From assembly GCA_050273025.1 (NCBI GenBank), contig CP158635.1:9114001-9178000 (forward strand): 64,000 nt of DNA, given 5' to 3'. Position numbers and translations under genes: made by a program. Numbering within the stretch: position 1 is the first letter of the stretch; the number at the start of each line of letters is the position of its first letter. Below are positions 52,993 through 64,000 of the stretch, piece after piece. The DNA is from Cenococcum geophilum (lineage: Eukaryota). The notes beneath the pieces were generated by a model, which was given only the letters and a program-made list of their open reading frames with translations, was not told the origin of the DNA and did not search any database.

Positions 52993-53520
52993 AATAAAGA
53001 CATTAATCCTCTCCTTTATCTACTTTGCGTTTGCTTTAACGTAGTTAATCTCCTTTAATTAATTTTTACCTAGTCTTATAGACCTAATCCTAGGGGCGCA
53101 AGTAGGTTAAGAGCTTATATTTTAGTAAGTTATACCCTTATAAGTCCTATTTTATAACGCTAAATCTCCTTAGGTTATTAAACTCTTAAAATGCTATATA
53201 TAAAACCACGTTAAGTTTTTAGAACTTAACTTTTTTTCTAATTTTGGCTATAACCTAACCACATAACTACGCAGGCAATTAGATGGCCCGGCTTAGGATT
53301 CCTCTAAGTACGCCAAACGGAACGGCCGCTATTTAATAGTAAGAATCTCTAACTTATTATTTAGAAGCTATAGCTAACCCTTTAAATTAAGGTAATGCGT
53401 TAGTGCGGAGGCTATATTATTCACGCTGTTAAAGATTTTTAGCGGAGTAGGCGATTATAAGGCCTTTTAAATAGATAGTAAAAGCGCTTAAGTTATGGTA
53501 AATTATAAAGGAAACCTTAT
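52993..53520 (+). pseudogene. Possible small secreted protein relic
   Basis: 'IKTLILSFIYFAFALT*LISF' resembles a RIPed signal peptide (MKTLILSF...); strand and coding status are uncertain. Confidence 0.25.
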
Positions 53521-53949
53521 TTAGGTAGGAATACTAGTACTACTAATAACTTGCTAGCCTATTAACTCTTCTAAAGAGATTTTAGAGGCAATATACTTAT
53601 AGTATATTAGTAGATTTCCTGGAATTAGTTATAATATAGTTAAATTAGTTTTTAAATTCAATCTTTAAAATAGTTAAAGTAATATTATTCTTTACTCTAC
53701 TTATAACTAACTTATAGATAGGGGCTAAAATTTAATTCCTGTTAAACGGACGATTAGGAATAAGAACTCTATTTTATTAAAGAGGGCTAGAAGCTCTCTA
53801 TATATATAAGGTAGGTCTAGGCAACTGAGATAAATATTATATGTAATTAAGACAAAATAGGTAATAGAAATAGGTGGTGAGATATAGGGTACTAGGCATT
53901 AAAGATAGTAGTAAAATAGTAGTAAGGAAATCTAATTTAGGTTAATAAT

Positions 53950-54777
53950 TCCTCTTAAAACAAGTTCTATTTACCCCTATATTACATCTACCTAGACTAT
54001 AAGAAGCCCTAGAAATACCCCCATATATCTACTATAGCCGTTTAGGTAGATTTTTACGTTATTCGCAATTAGGGGGGGAATAGTAGATAATGTTGGCGTT
54101 AATCGCCAAACTATATCTCTTATATTTGTTAGCTAAGTTAATATAATTTAAGTTATTGAGTTCTATTTAATTTAAGGAAGAGGGTATACTATTATAGAGG
54201 ATAATAGGGCTTAACTTCCTAAAGTAAACCCTAAAGCGTTTTTTATAAATTTCTCCTTAGCTTTACTAGTATTTAAGCCAAACACTATACTAGTATAGTA
54301 ATAGGATTTCTTAATAGTTTAAGCACAGTAGAACTATTACGGGGCGTGTGTTTTTACCTTATAATTAGCTAGGAATTTCCCGCTTATATTTACTAGATTA
54401 AATTAATTAAAACCTATATTAAACTAAGTATTATTTTAACAAAGGTCTCTAAAACGGCTTTGCGTTAAGGTATAGTTAAGGTTAAGAAAATTAAATCTTA
54501 ATATTGTCCCAACCGTAGCGTTAAGCGTATTTAAGGAAAAAGATAAATTCCTATAGTCTCCAATAGTTATATAAGTAGTAGGTTTTATAAGTAATAGAAG
54601 TTCACTAGCTAAGGAACTCTATATACCTGCTATAATTCCTAAAGATCGCCTGCCTATTATACTGCTTATTTAATAGATTAATAAGTTATAAAATAATACT
54701 GCTTTAGCACCCTTTAGTAAAATAGTATACTAAATTAAAGTGGCGATAATAAGAGTGGAAATAATAAATAGCTGCAT
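53950..54777 (-). pseudogene. Secreted cupredoxin-fold (extracellular serine-rich) protein
   Basis: ATG at 54777 'MQLFIISTLIIATLI' signal peptide; 'LSFSLNTLNATVGTILRFNFLNLNYTLTQSRFRDLC', 'P**FYCA*T..SYYYTSIVFGLN' (= NHTLTQS..PC; PQWFYCAQ...HC..GMVF.LN). Confidence 0.8.
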
Positions 54778-55645
54778 AATACTTTAATTTGATAGGTAGA
54801 TAATAGCTTTAATAGATATTTATATAAGATATTAGAATAAAATCCTTAAATAAGTAATCTAGTAACGTATTTAATAAAGTATAATTTAAAAAATAGAAAT
54901 ATTAAAAATAAAACTTTTTTAACTATAAATAGGAATAGTAGTTATAGAGGTTCTATAAAAGATCTTAACTCGCCCTTAATTATCTAAACTAACCTCCTTT
55001 TAACTATATAATTTAAGCTACGCTTAATTATCTACTTTTAATTATTTAACCTAACTTTAATATTACTAATTAGCACGGAAGAATACTTATAATAGTAGAC
55101 GTTTAGACTAATAGATTAGCGATTAAGTATTAGAGTTTATTATAAATTAATAATATGCTATACCTAAGTCTCTTACCTACTAACTTTAAGCTATTAAGCC
55201 TAATATCTTTAAACCTAGCGCTATTAGGAACGAACTTAAAATTAAAATTAGAGAATACTGCTAAGCCGTTTAGAATATATTTGGATTATTAGCGACCTAA
55301 AGCTTTAGCGGTAAATAATAACTCTAAGGAGGAGGAGGAGATAGAATAAGTTATCTCGGATAATAAAATAGAGAAAAATGCCTTAGATGATAAAGATAAT
55401 ATTAAAATAAAAAAGGTTAGGGTTTAGGAATTAACTAAAAAATACTACTCCCCAGACGAGGATAGGGTAGCACTTTAGCTTAAAGGGGTAGTGTAAATAT
55501 CATAAGCTTAAGAAAAAGGACTTAGCGAGGTACTAGAAGAGATAAGAAAAGTATATTATAAAGCCTTTCCCTTTATTAGACGGTGGTAGGATATAGGTAT
55601 TCCGTTAACCTATAAAAACGTAATAAATAAACTAGATATAGAAAT

Positions 55646-55852
55646 TCTTGGTCACATAGGGTGACTTACCAATAACGACTACTTAAGTAGGTTACAGTGA
55701 TGTTGGTTAATAAAGCTTATTAATTAGAATGAGGGAGGGCAAGGAACTTAAGGCTCCTCGCTACGCTAGTACCGTGGCGACACGTAATGGCAACTTGCTA
55801 TTACGTGACGGCAGTTTACCGTACGTGGCGGCAACTTACCTTATTCCTAACA
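55646..55852 (-). repeat. Copia 3' LTR
   Basis: Direct repeat of 61588-61794. Confidence 0.93.
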
Positions 55853-58800
55853 CTAGCAACTCTTCTTTTATGGTTGCCATCTATATATAAATACTGCTTA
55901 ACTATTATAACAAATATAAACCCTCCTCGCCTACTATTACCATTATAGTATAAGTCTTACTGTCCTAAAATTTGCCTCTTAGCACGCAGTGCTTTCTTGT
56001 TAAGGAGTTATAGGTAGATATTATGTTAGGGCCGTTAGGGCCGCTAAGGCGCTAGCTATAAGCGAGCTAATAGCGATTTTCTATCCTAGGGATAGAAAAT
56101 TCTAATTGGCTGGTTTAAGTTAGGGTCTATAAAATCTAACTAATTAAACAACTTTAACCGCCGGTTAAAGTTCCTAGATATCTTAAGGCCTTATATAACT
56201 AAGATATTTCTAGGGACTCCCTTTTTACCTAACCTTTAACTCGTATATGTAGAGTATTTATATTAATAAACGTCTCTAGTGCCTTATTTGGGTTCGCCTT
56301 TATTATTACATCTACCGGGTTATCTTGGCCATTAATCTATTAAATCTTAAAGAGTTTTTAACATTTATAGGATTAATAAAGTGCCATAATGTTAATTATA
56401 AGGCGCTTCTCCTTTATAGTACTAAGCTTAACTAAATACTTATAGAGGGAGTATAAGTTAGTATATATAATTATAGGGATAACGGAAAGTTCGAGTTAAT
56501 CTATAATTATCTTTAGGGTAGTTCCAATTGCAATTACTATGTTAACTCTGCTAACTATTCTATATATCTCTAATACTAAACCGCTTTAAGTAACGCGCTT
56601 ACTCTTAGTTAAGCTCTAATAAATAAGATTACCATAGATTATAAAGTTATTCTCTCCGGTAGATTCGTTTGCGATAATAATCTTATATCCTAGCTAGGAG
56701 CTAAAATCTTTATTATTTATAAACGATTTATTAATAAATATAAAGAGCTTAGCGGTGGGAAGATTAATAGGCACGTAGAGTAGTCCCTAATTAAGATAGT
56801 TTATTTACTAAGAAAGATATTTATTTAGGGCAAGGACGTTATCCTTAGTTAGTTTCTAGTATTAGGTAGCAACAGAGAGATTAAATAAAGCCTTAGGTTA
56901 ATAAATAGAAGTAATATAAGCTCCGTAAGCGCGTTACTCCATATATCCTTATTTTAGAGAGTTAGCGTTAATAACGACAATCTTCCTACCTTAACCCTTT
57001 TGGCGTAAAGCAATAGAATCCTTATTTAGGGAGAGGATGCATTTATTAAAAAATAATAGTGTTCTTAAATTAAGCTTTTCTTTAGCTTTGCTATAAGATT
57101 TGCCTTTACTAGCTTATCTTCTTTAAGAGCTAAGAACTGGTCGTCTCCTAAGATAATTATATTATTAGTTTATATGCTAATAATTCTAAATAGAGTTCCC
57201 GTAGTTATAATAAGGAAGCAGGAATTAAATATAGAAGTAGTTATTAAAAGCTTCTCTTTATAGTGCTTGCTGTAGGTAGCCTACTAATAAATTCCTACCT
57301 CTATAATTCCATATAATGGCTTAAGCATAACTATAATTATATCTTTAGGATACTAGTAGAAAATTTGCTCTGGAAGGTATGCTAATATTAAGCGCTAAAG
57401 GTATATCTCTAATTAGGTGTAGGCTTAAGTAATATCTTATAAATAAACCGCTATTCTATTCTTTATTAAGGAGGGAGCTAGCGCAATAATAACTCGCTAA
57501 CTAGCTTATTAAATTATAGGAGATTACATAAGAATTACCTCCTTACTATTATTGTTGTAGCCTTAGATAATAAGCCTTAATTTCTTAAATAGGGTATCGG
57601 TAGCTTTGCCCTTAATCTTATTAACTATTCTTAACTTAAAGATACGGACTCTATTAAATTTAGTAAGGTTATACTTCTTGAATTTAAAGACTCCTCTTAT
57701 AATAAGACCATTAATCTCCTACTTATTAGATGCTTAAAAAGAAGCTTTTAGAGTTATAATATAACCTTCCTTTTAAAGCTATTTTGTAAGTTTAAAGTTA
57801 GCCTTCTCCTTAGCTGTTATAAAGGCTATTAATAGCTTAACTTTATTCTTAATAGCGGCAACAAATTGCTCTTTAAAATTAATAAGATGTTAGTAATTTT
57901 ATAATCCCTTTAGGCGACCTCTACCGCGTTATAGTTACGGCATATCTATTATAATTATATTAGAATTATGGTCGCCTTCTAGAGTATGTTAATTATGGTT
58001 CTCCTTTAGGGTATCTTTTTTAGTATCCTATAAAGGCTCGGAACTATTATCTTTATAGTAAGGCTTAATAACAGTTAAATGGAATTAAGTGGGTCTATAA
58101 GGCATCTAAATAGTGCAAGTTTAACTATTAATTATAATAAGTTAATGTGGGCCTAACTATCCTCCCTTTTTACGCTATACGTATACCTTAGACTAAAGTA
58201 GTAGATTAAGCGTAGTTAAGGTATTTAGGCTATTTCTTATTCTTAGTGCGTTGTTAACCTAGCGTATAGCGTAGAGACGTCGTACCTCCTTTATTGCCTT
58301 ATAAATAGCCTTAGCTTATTATATAATAGAGGGAGATAGTAGAGAATTGTTAGTTATTTAAGGGTAGGCGCTAAAGACTAGTAATATGGGTATAAGTCTA
58401 TTTGGGCCAGCGGAATTATTAATAGCTTTAATAGCTATTTATAAGGTAAGTTCTTTACTAGCGTCCTTTAGTTTTAAAGAGATAATTTTATATACGCGGC
58501 GTAATGGCGTATAATATCGCTTTACTTTTCTAATACTATTATATGCCTTAATAGGGACTTCCTTAACCTTAATTGCTATTGCCTTTATTTATTATTAAAA
58601 CTCTATAGATAAGAAGTTCTTTCCTATATTATAGATGATTTAATTAGGGGGTCCTAGGTAGATATTAATTTAGTATAGTTAAAGGGTATCCTATACGTTT
58701 CTAGCTAATATATCCTTTAAGAAACGTGCAGCTTAAAAGGAGGTTAAGAAGTTAATAACTTAGAGTACTAGCTTGCCGCTAAGATATATAACGTTAATAA

Positions 58801-61587
58801 TAATACAGAAGTTAAAGTTATAGTTATCTTTAAGGGTAAACTTAAATTGGTTAGGGGACTTTTAGTTTATTTAGTAGTAATGGTGGTACTTTATAAGGTG
58901 CTTAATTGCCTTAACCTTAACTTTATAACCTACTTACTAAAGAACCCTAAGCAATTAATAAATAGATAGGTGGCTAAAATAACGGTGTAGTTGGCGTAAC
59001 TCTAACTTAGTTAAGTGGCTTTAAGTAATACTTTTTTCTAGTTAATAAAGGAGTAACTAGGGGTAACCCTACTTACGTATAACGGGCACCTAATTATCTC
59101 CCTAAATAAGTATATCCTTAAGGTTATTAAGCTTAATGCCTAATTTATTTATATCTCTAATATAAAATAGAAACGGAGTGTTTATAGGAACGATATAAAA
59201 GGTAATATACCCTAAGGGGGTTTAGACCCTAATTGTGCTAAGAGAGATTATAGTACCCTTACTAAAATAAATTGTGTGTTGGCCTGCCGTTAAATAGTTA
59301 ATCTAAATAGAGCTATTAAGCTACTAAAGGGCTTAAACTTAAGGTTCTCCTACTATAGATACTCCTGCGGCTCTAATATCTGGCATAATACCATAAAAGA
59401 CGTTCGCTAAGTATTTGTTATTAAAGGAGAACGCGGAACTCTCCCTTAGCTTATTAAAGATATCTAACTTCGTAATAGAGTGGAGCGTAGATTAGTTATT
59501 AAGAATAGTGACGGTTTATATACTATCTACTTTACTATACTTAGTAAAGTATTAGTCGGGTAAGTAGTCCTTAATTTCTATATCTATAAGGAGCTGTTCG
59601 GCCTTATTAACCTCACCTTTAAGATCTTTTACGCCTTTGTATTAAACTAGAAAGCTTTAGAAGTAAGCCATAGTAGCCTTATAATTTTTAACGTTTTTTA
59701 TACTTTAGCGAAACTTATTATATGCCTTCTTTTGCTTATTAAAAGAATGCCTAGTTAACTAGTAATTTGGTTTCTTATAAATATAGTACTTCTTCTAGCA
59801 ATTATTTTAAAATAAACCTCCATAAGGACCTCCACCTTTGCCTTATAGTCGTTAATTATACCCTCTACTATATTGCCCACTACGGCCACTATACGTTTAA
59901 TTAGTCTAGTTATAATTATATTGGCTAGGCGGGTCGATTAAAGTAGGTTAAAGTTAGGCGTTAAATTGCTATACTTCTTAAAAGCGTAAAGCGGTGCTAA
60001 TAGAAGATCTTAATTAAGTATATACTCCTTTATAAGTATTTATAGGATTAAAGAGAGTAAGGTTATATTCTTTAATACCTTAGTATACGCTAATAACTTA
60101 ATTATATAGGCTAAAGTCCTCTTAATATAATTTAGATAAACCACGCTAAATTATCTAAAGTTAATTAAAGAGCTTTTAAAGATAATTAAGCTAAGAAACA
60201 CCTGGGTTTATAGCAATAATCCTTAGAAAGGTAGTCTCTCTCTATTCTAATATATACTACTACTTATTTTTTTCTGTTTTAAAGTGGCACCTTAACTTAT
60301 ATATTATGCGGTTAAAATTATATCCTTTTCCTACTAAATAATTATAATAAAAGGCACTAGCTTGGCCCTTAAGCATAATAGAATAGGCGTTGTGGTATTA
60401 ATTAAACTCTATTCCTACCTTTTAGTAATAGTTATAAAAGATATATAGTTTCGAATTAAGAATATTATATAATTCCCTATTAAACTTCTTCTTCTAATCC
60501 AAATAGAGCTTTATAAGCTCTATAAGCAATTTTAAACTACCTCCAATTTAAAATTAAGATAAAGGAGGTGGGGGTTACATTATAGGCTGCAGTAGGGACG
60601 TAGGTCTGGTCGGTGGAGTCTAAAGGTCATTAAATCGCGAAGCAATAGGATCCTATGCCTACTCTTATTAGGGTATAGTATCCGACGTTAAGGTTACGGG
60701 TTAAATTAGATATAGAGGAGTTAAAGGCGGAGGTAGGTTTGTCTCTAGAGGTATATTACTTAGGTTCTATTATAAGTTAAGCTTCCTTATAGTGCGTAGT
60801 TAGTGCTTAATCTCTTATAGAGTCCATTTATGCTCTTCTTTTATATTAATAACCTGCTCTTAAATATTGTCTCTAATAGTACCCCCGTCCTTAGGGACAA
60901 ATACTCTATTCTCCTAAAGGAAGTTATGGAAGTCCTATATAATATCCTTGTTTATAAGGGCCTATATTTCCTTTATCCATCTAATAAAGTCCTTCTTTAT
61001 ATATTCCTATAGCGCGGTATTATTATATTTACTATCCTTATAATATACTATATAGTATAATAAAAATCCATTTAAGTCTTGTTTATTAGCGTTTGCAAGG
61101 TTAATTATAGCTTTATTCTATATATTTGGGTTAATATCTTCCTTATACTTCTTTGGGTAGGTTAACGCTATAGTAGGTATAAAATTAACGGGGTGTCGTA
61201 TATTGAAGGTAGGTAGGATTTTCGGTTTTATAGGATCTTGTAGGTTTGCTGTTAAGAGGTAGGCAATTTAAGATGTTATTTAACGCGTTTTAGACGTTGT
61301 TTAACGCGTTTTAGACGTTAACTTAGGACCCTAGGTTTAGTAATACTTTTGACCTAAAGTACTTAACCAAATCTTTATAAACGCGATTATTCTGCGTAAT
61401 AAACGCAACTTGGTATCTCCTAGTACTTAGTAACACTTCTATTACTAGTTTTTCGCAAGTCTAAGGTAGTATAGTATTGCTGGGATCCATTCTATATAAG
61501 CGTATATAGCACCCCTATACGAGACTGTCTCTTCTATTTAAAAACCTAGCTGCTCTATAGTTGACTGTATATTTAACCACTAATTAG

Positions 61588-61794
61588 TATTAGTTATATA
61601 GGGTGACTCACCAATAACGACTACTTAAGTAGGTTATAGTGATGTTAGTTAATAAAGCTTATTAATTAGAATAAGGGAGGGCGAGGAACTTAAGGCTCCT
61701 CGCCACGCTAGTACCGCGGCGACACGTGATGGCAACTTGCCATTACGTGACGGCAGTTTGCCGTACGTGGCGGCAACTTGCCTCATTCCCGACA
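61588..61794 (-). repeat. Copia 5' LTR
   Basis: Direct repeat of 55646-55852; ends ...CCCGACA followed by the TSD. Confidence 0.93.
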
Positions 61795-64000
61795 GAAATT
61801 AAGAAGTTTAACTATAATTATAATTCTAAGCTAGCTTAAGCTATCTTTTTTAAGTTTAATATAAAATACCTAAAAGCTAAAAAGGCTGTAATAAAGAATT
61901 AAATATTAGATGGAGATAATAAGGATATAGTAAAAGAGTTTTACTAGAAAGTCTAGGATAAGTTTATAAAGTTAAAAAAAAATTTAAGCAACTAGACCGC
62001 TATTAGTATTTCCCTTAAAAAATATTAGTAGATAATATTTAAACGTTTAAAAACCAGCTTAATAAAATTAATACCCTTAAGGAAGGAATAGTCGCAAGAG
62101 AGGAAAACATTAAAAAACTTACGGAGGGGTTAGTTGTGTTTATTAAGTTACTAAAGAAAGTAGGTATTAATTATAAGTTAATAACGCTAAGCTATATTAA
62201 GATTAAAATTAAGTAGTTAATTAACGAATCGCCAAATATTACTACTATCTATTTAGCCTATTTAGAGGCCTTAAGAGGCCTAATACTTAAGCAAATGGCG
62301 GTATAGAACGATGTTAGACTATAAGTATAGGAATTTTTTAACTTAGCCTGCTAAAAGAAGTCCGTAGTAAGAGATATATCTCTAAAGAATATAATTAAAG
62401 TAGCTAAATAGAAAAATATCGAGCTTATAAGAGTTAATAAAGAGCTTAACCTAGTTTTAACTAATTATAAAATACTAATTTAATCTATAAAAGAAATTCT
62501 TAGTATTTTAGAGATACCTAATAAGGACATTTAAGAATAGAAGAGAGATGTACTTATACTTAGGATTAAAGCGATATTATTATTTAGAGGTATTAATGGT
62601 ATAAGTACTTAGATTCCTAGAAAGAAGCTAGTACTATTTATAAGCGCTATAGCTTAAGAGAGTTTAAGGCTACTAAACTCTATAAAGGGCGATTTAGCCG
62701 AATAATTAAGCAGCGCTAGCGGTGCTAGGCCATCTATAAAGATTAGCTCTACTACTACTAATGCATTAAGCTCTACTAAACCCTCTATAGGTATTAACCC
62801 CACTTTTAGAGTAAGTAATACTAAAGTAAGCTCTGCTAAACGACCTATAAAAAGTAGCTCCCCTGCTAAAGTAGTAAGTTTAGCTAAAGTCGGCAGTTTT
62901 ACTAATAAAAGTAGTGTTAATAAACCACTATTTATTTTTAAGGAAGAAAGCTTTACTAAATCGCCTATAAAGAGCGGTTTTACTACTAAGAGGGTAAGGT
63001 TTATTAAACTATCTAGACTTAACGGAAAAAAAGCTAAAAGCGTTTTACCTAGATAGGACGCCCTAGAACCCGCTATAAGGCGAATACTTATAGTTCATCC
63101 CCCTATAAGGCTATTAGCTATAGCCTTTATTGCTCCAGAATATTATATACTAGAGGTAATTAAATCTGTAGAGTCTAATATAGATATTAATATAGACCTT
63201 AATAATCTAAACTCTTAATTAAATGACGATTATATTAAGATGCCTTTATATAAGGATAGAAGGACGGAATTTAGTATTCTAGAGGCTATAAGACCTTATA
63301 AAAACAAATAGTAAAGTTACTTTATTATTAATGCGGGCACAGAAAACCATCCGTTTTACTAAGTAATTAGTAGCTACTAACTTGCGCTAAGAGGTGCTGA
63401 TAAGCTCTAAAGTATAGAAGAGAAATACTTTAAGTTTAATAAGAAATGGTATAAGGCGTATATAAATAACGGGAGTAGTAAAAGAAAATGAATTAATATT
63501 ATTAAGAAACTTGGCCCATATATATAGGTCCTATAATTTTATAATAATAGTAAGCGAAAGCTAGATACCTATATTAGAACTAAGGTCTATAAGGAAAAAA
63601 CTAAAAACCCTTACGCTAATAAAATGCCGCTTATTAACTAGTTAATTAAATTAGAAATAGTTAAAATAAGTAATAAGCAATAGGGAGAGGCTTAGGTAGA
63701 GATTTTAACGCAAGCTTATATAAGGAAGAGGAAGGTATTTAAGAAATTAAGGATATACTGGCTGCATCCTAATATAGGGAAGCCACTATCAAAGGAAGAC
63801 AGAATAAACGAGCTATGGCTATTCCTAGATGTAGAAGGGTCTCTAAGTAGTTTAGATAGTGGTAGGTAATAAGCTAGTAAAGAAATTAATATATCTAGTA
63901 TTAAAGTTAATAGCTCTAGCTCTAATTCCGATTCTCTTTACAGCTAAGGCTAGATTAGTACTTTAGTATATTTAGTTATATCTATAATTAATATTTAATA

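Larger units (their letters stand above)
55646..61794 (-). mobile_element. Full-length Ty1/copia LTR retrotransposon, RIP-degraded
   Basis: 207-bp LTRs at 55646-55852 and 61588-61794; TSD GAAAT at 55641-55645 and 61795-61799; integrase '*INIYLGPPN*IIYNIGKNF' (~58620-58680) lies upstream of RT 'LKPLYG' (~57310) and 'I*TNN' (QTDD, ~57165), the copia domain order. Confidence 0.95.
55156..63869 (+). pseudogene. Large charged hypothetical protein split by the copia insertion
   Basis: The frame '...NVINKLDIEI|KKFNYNYNSKLA...' is continuous once 55646-61799 is removed; protein-like sequence runs to ~63869. Confidence 0.55.
16200..64000 (+). mobile_element. Putative Starship giant transposon relic (boundaries not resolved)
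   Basis: Captain gene followed by a uniformly RIPed series of non-TE cargo genes; the left end is inferred to lie shortly upstream of the captain, and no right end was identified. Confidence 0.6.

Noticed and set aside
60830..61012. 60-aa plus-strand ORF
   Set aside because: It is antisense to the copia gag region.
1..64000. Alternative genetic code or organellar DNA as the explanation for in-frame TAA/TAG
   Set aside because: Stops coincide with Gln, Arg and Trp positions and come with D>N, G>S/R, C>Y and H>Y changes in catalytic motifs, which is the RIP transition pattern.

Overview
AT-rich filamentous-ascomycete (Pezizomycotina-like) DNA that has been heavily mutated by repeat-induced point mutation (RIP): TpA is in excess, CpA/TpG are scarce, and Gln/Arg/Trp codons have become stops. 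No intact gene survives and the ORF track is nearly empty. Reverting the transitions by eye reveals the relic of a Starship-type giant transposon. A DUF3435 tyrosine-recombinase captain (~16.8-19.3 kb, +) is followed by about 45 kb of putative cargo pseudogenes: BTB/POZ, C2H2 zinc finger, HMT1-like half ABC transporter, FunK1 kinase, AAA ATPase, Myb/SANT protein, a secreted cupredoxin-like protein and several hypotheticals. Two Starship-typical genes (DUF3723, patatin-like phospholipase) lie upstream of the captain, which suggests nested or tandem Starships. Secondary insertions include a copia-in-gypsy-in-gypsy nest (1-9089), a TA-flanked TIR element in DUF3723, a MITE with a 9-bp TSD in the patatin gene, and a full-length copia with GAAAT TSD (55646-61794). 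All protein calls come from manual translation and motif recognition, and gene ends are approximate.
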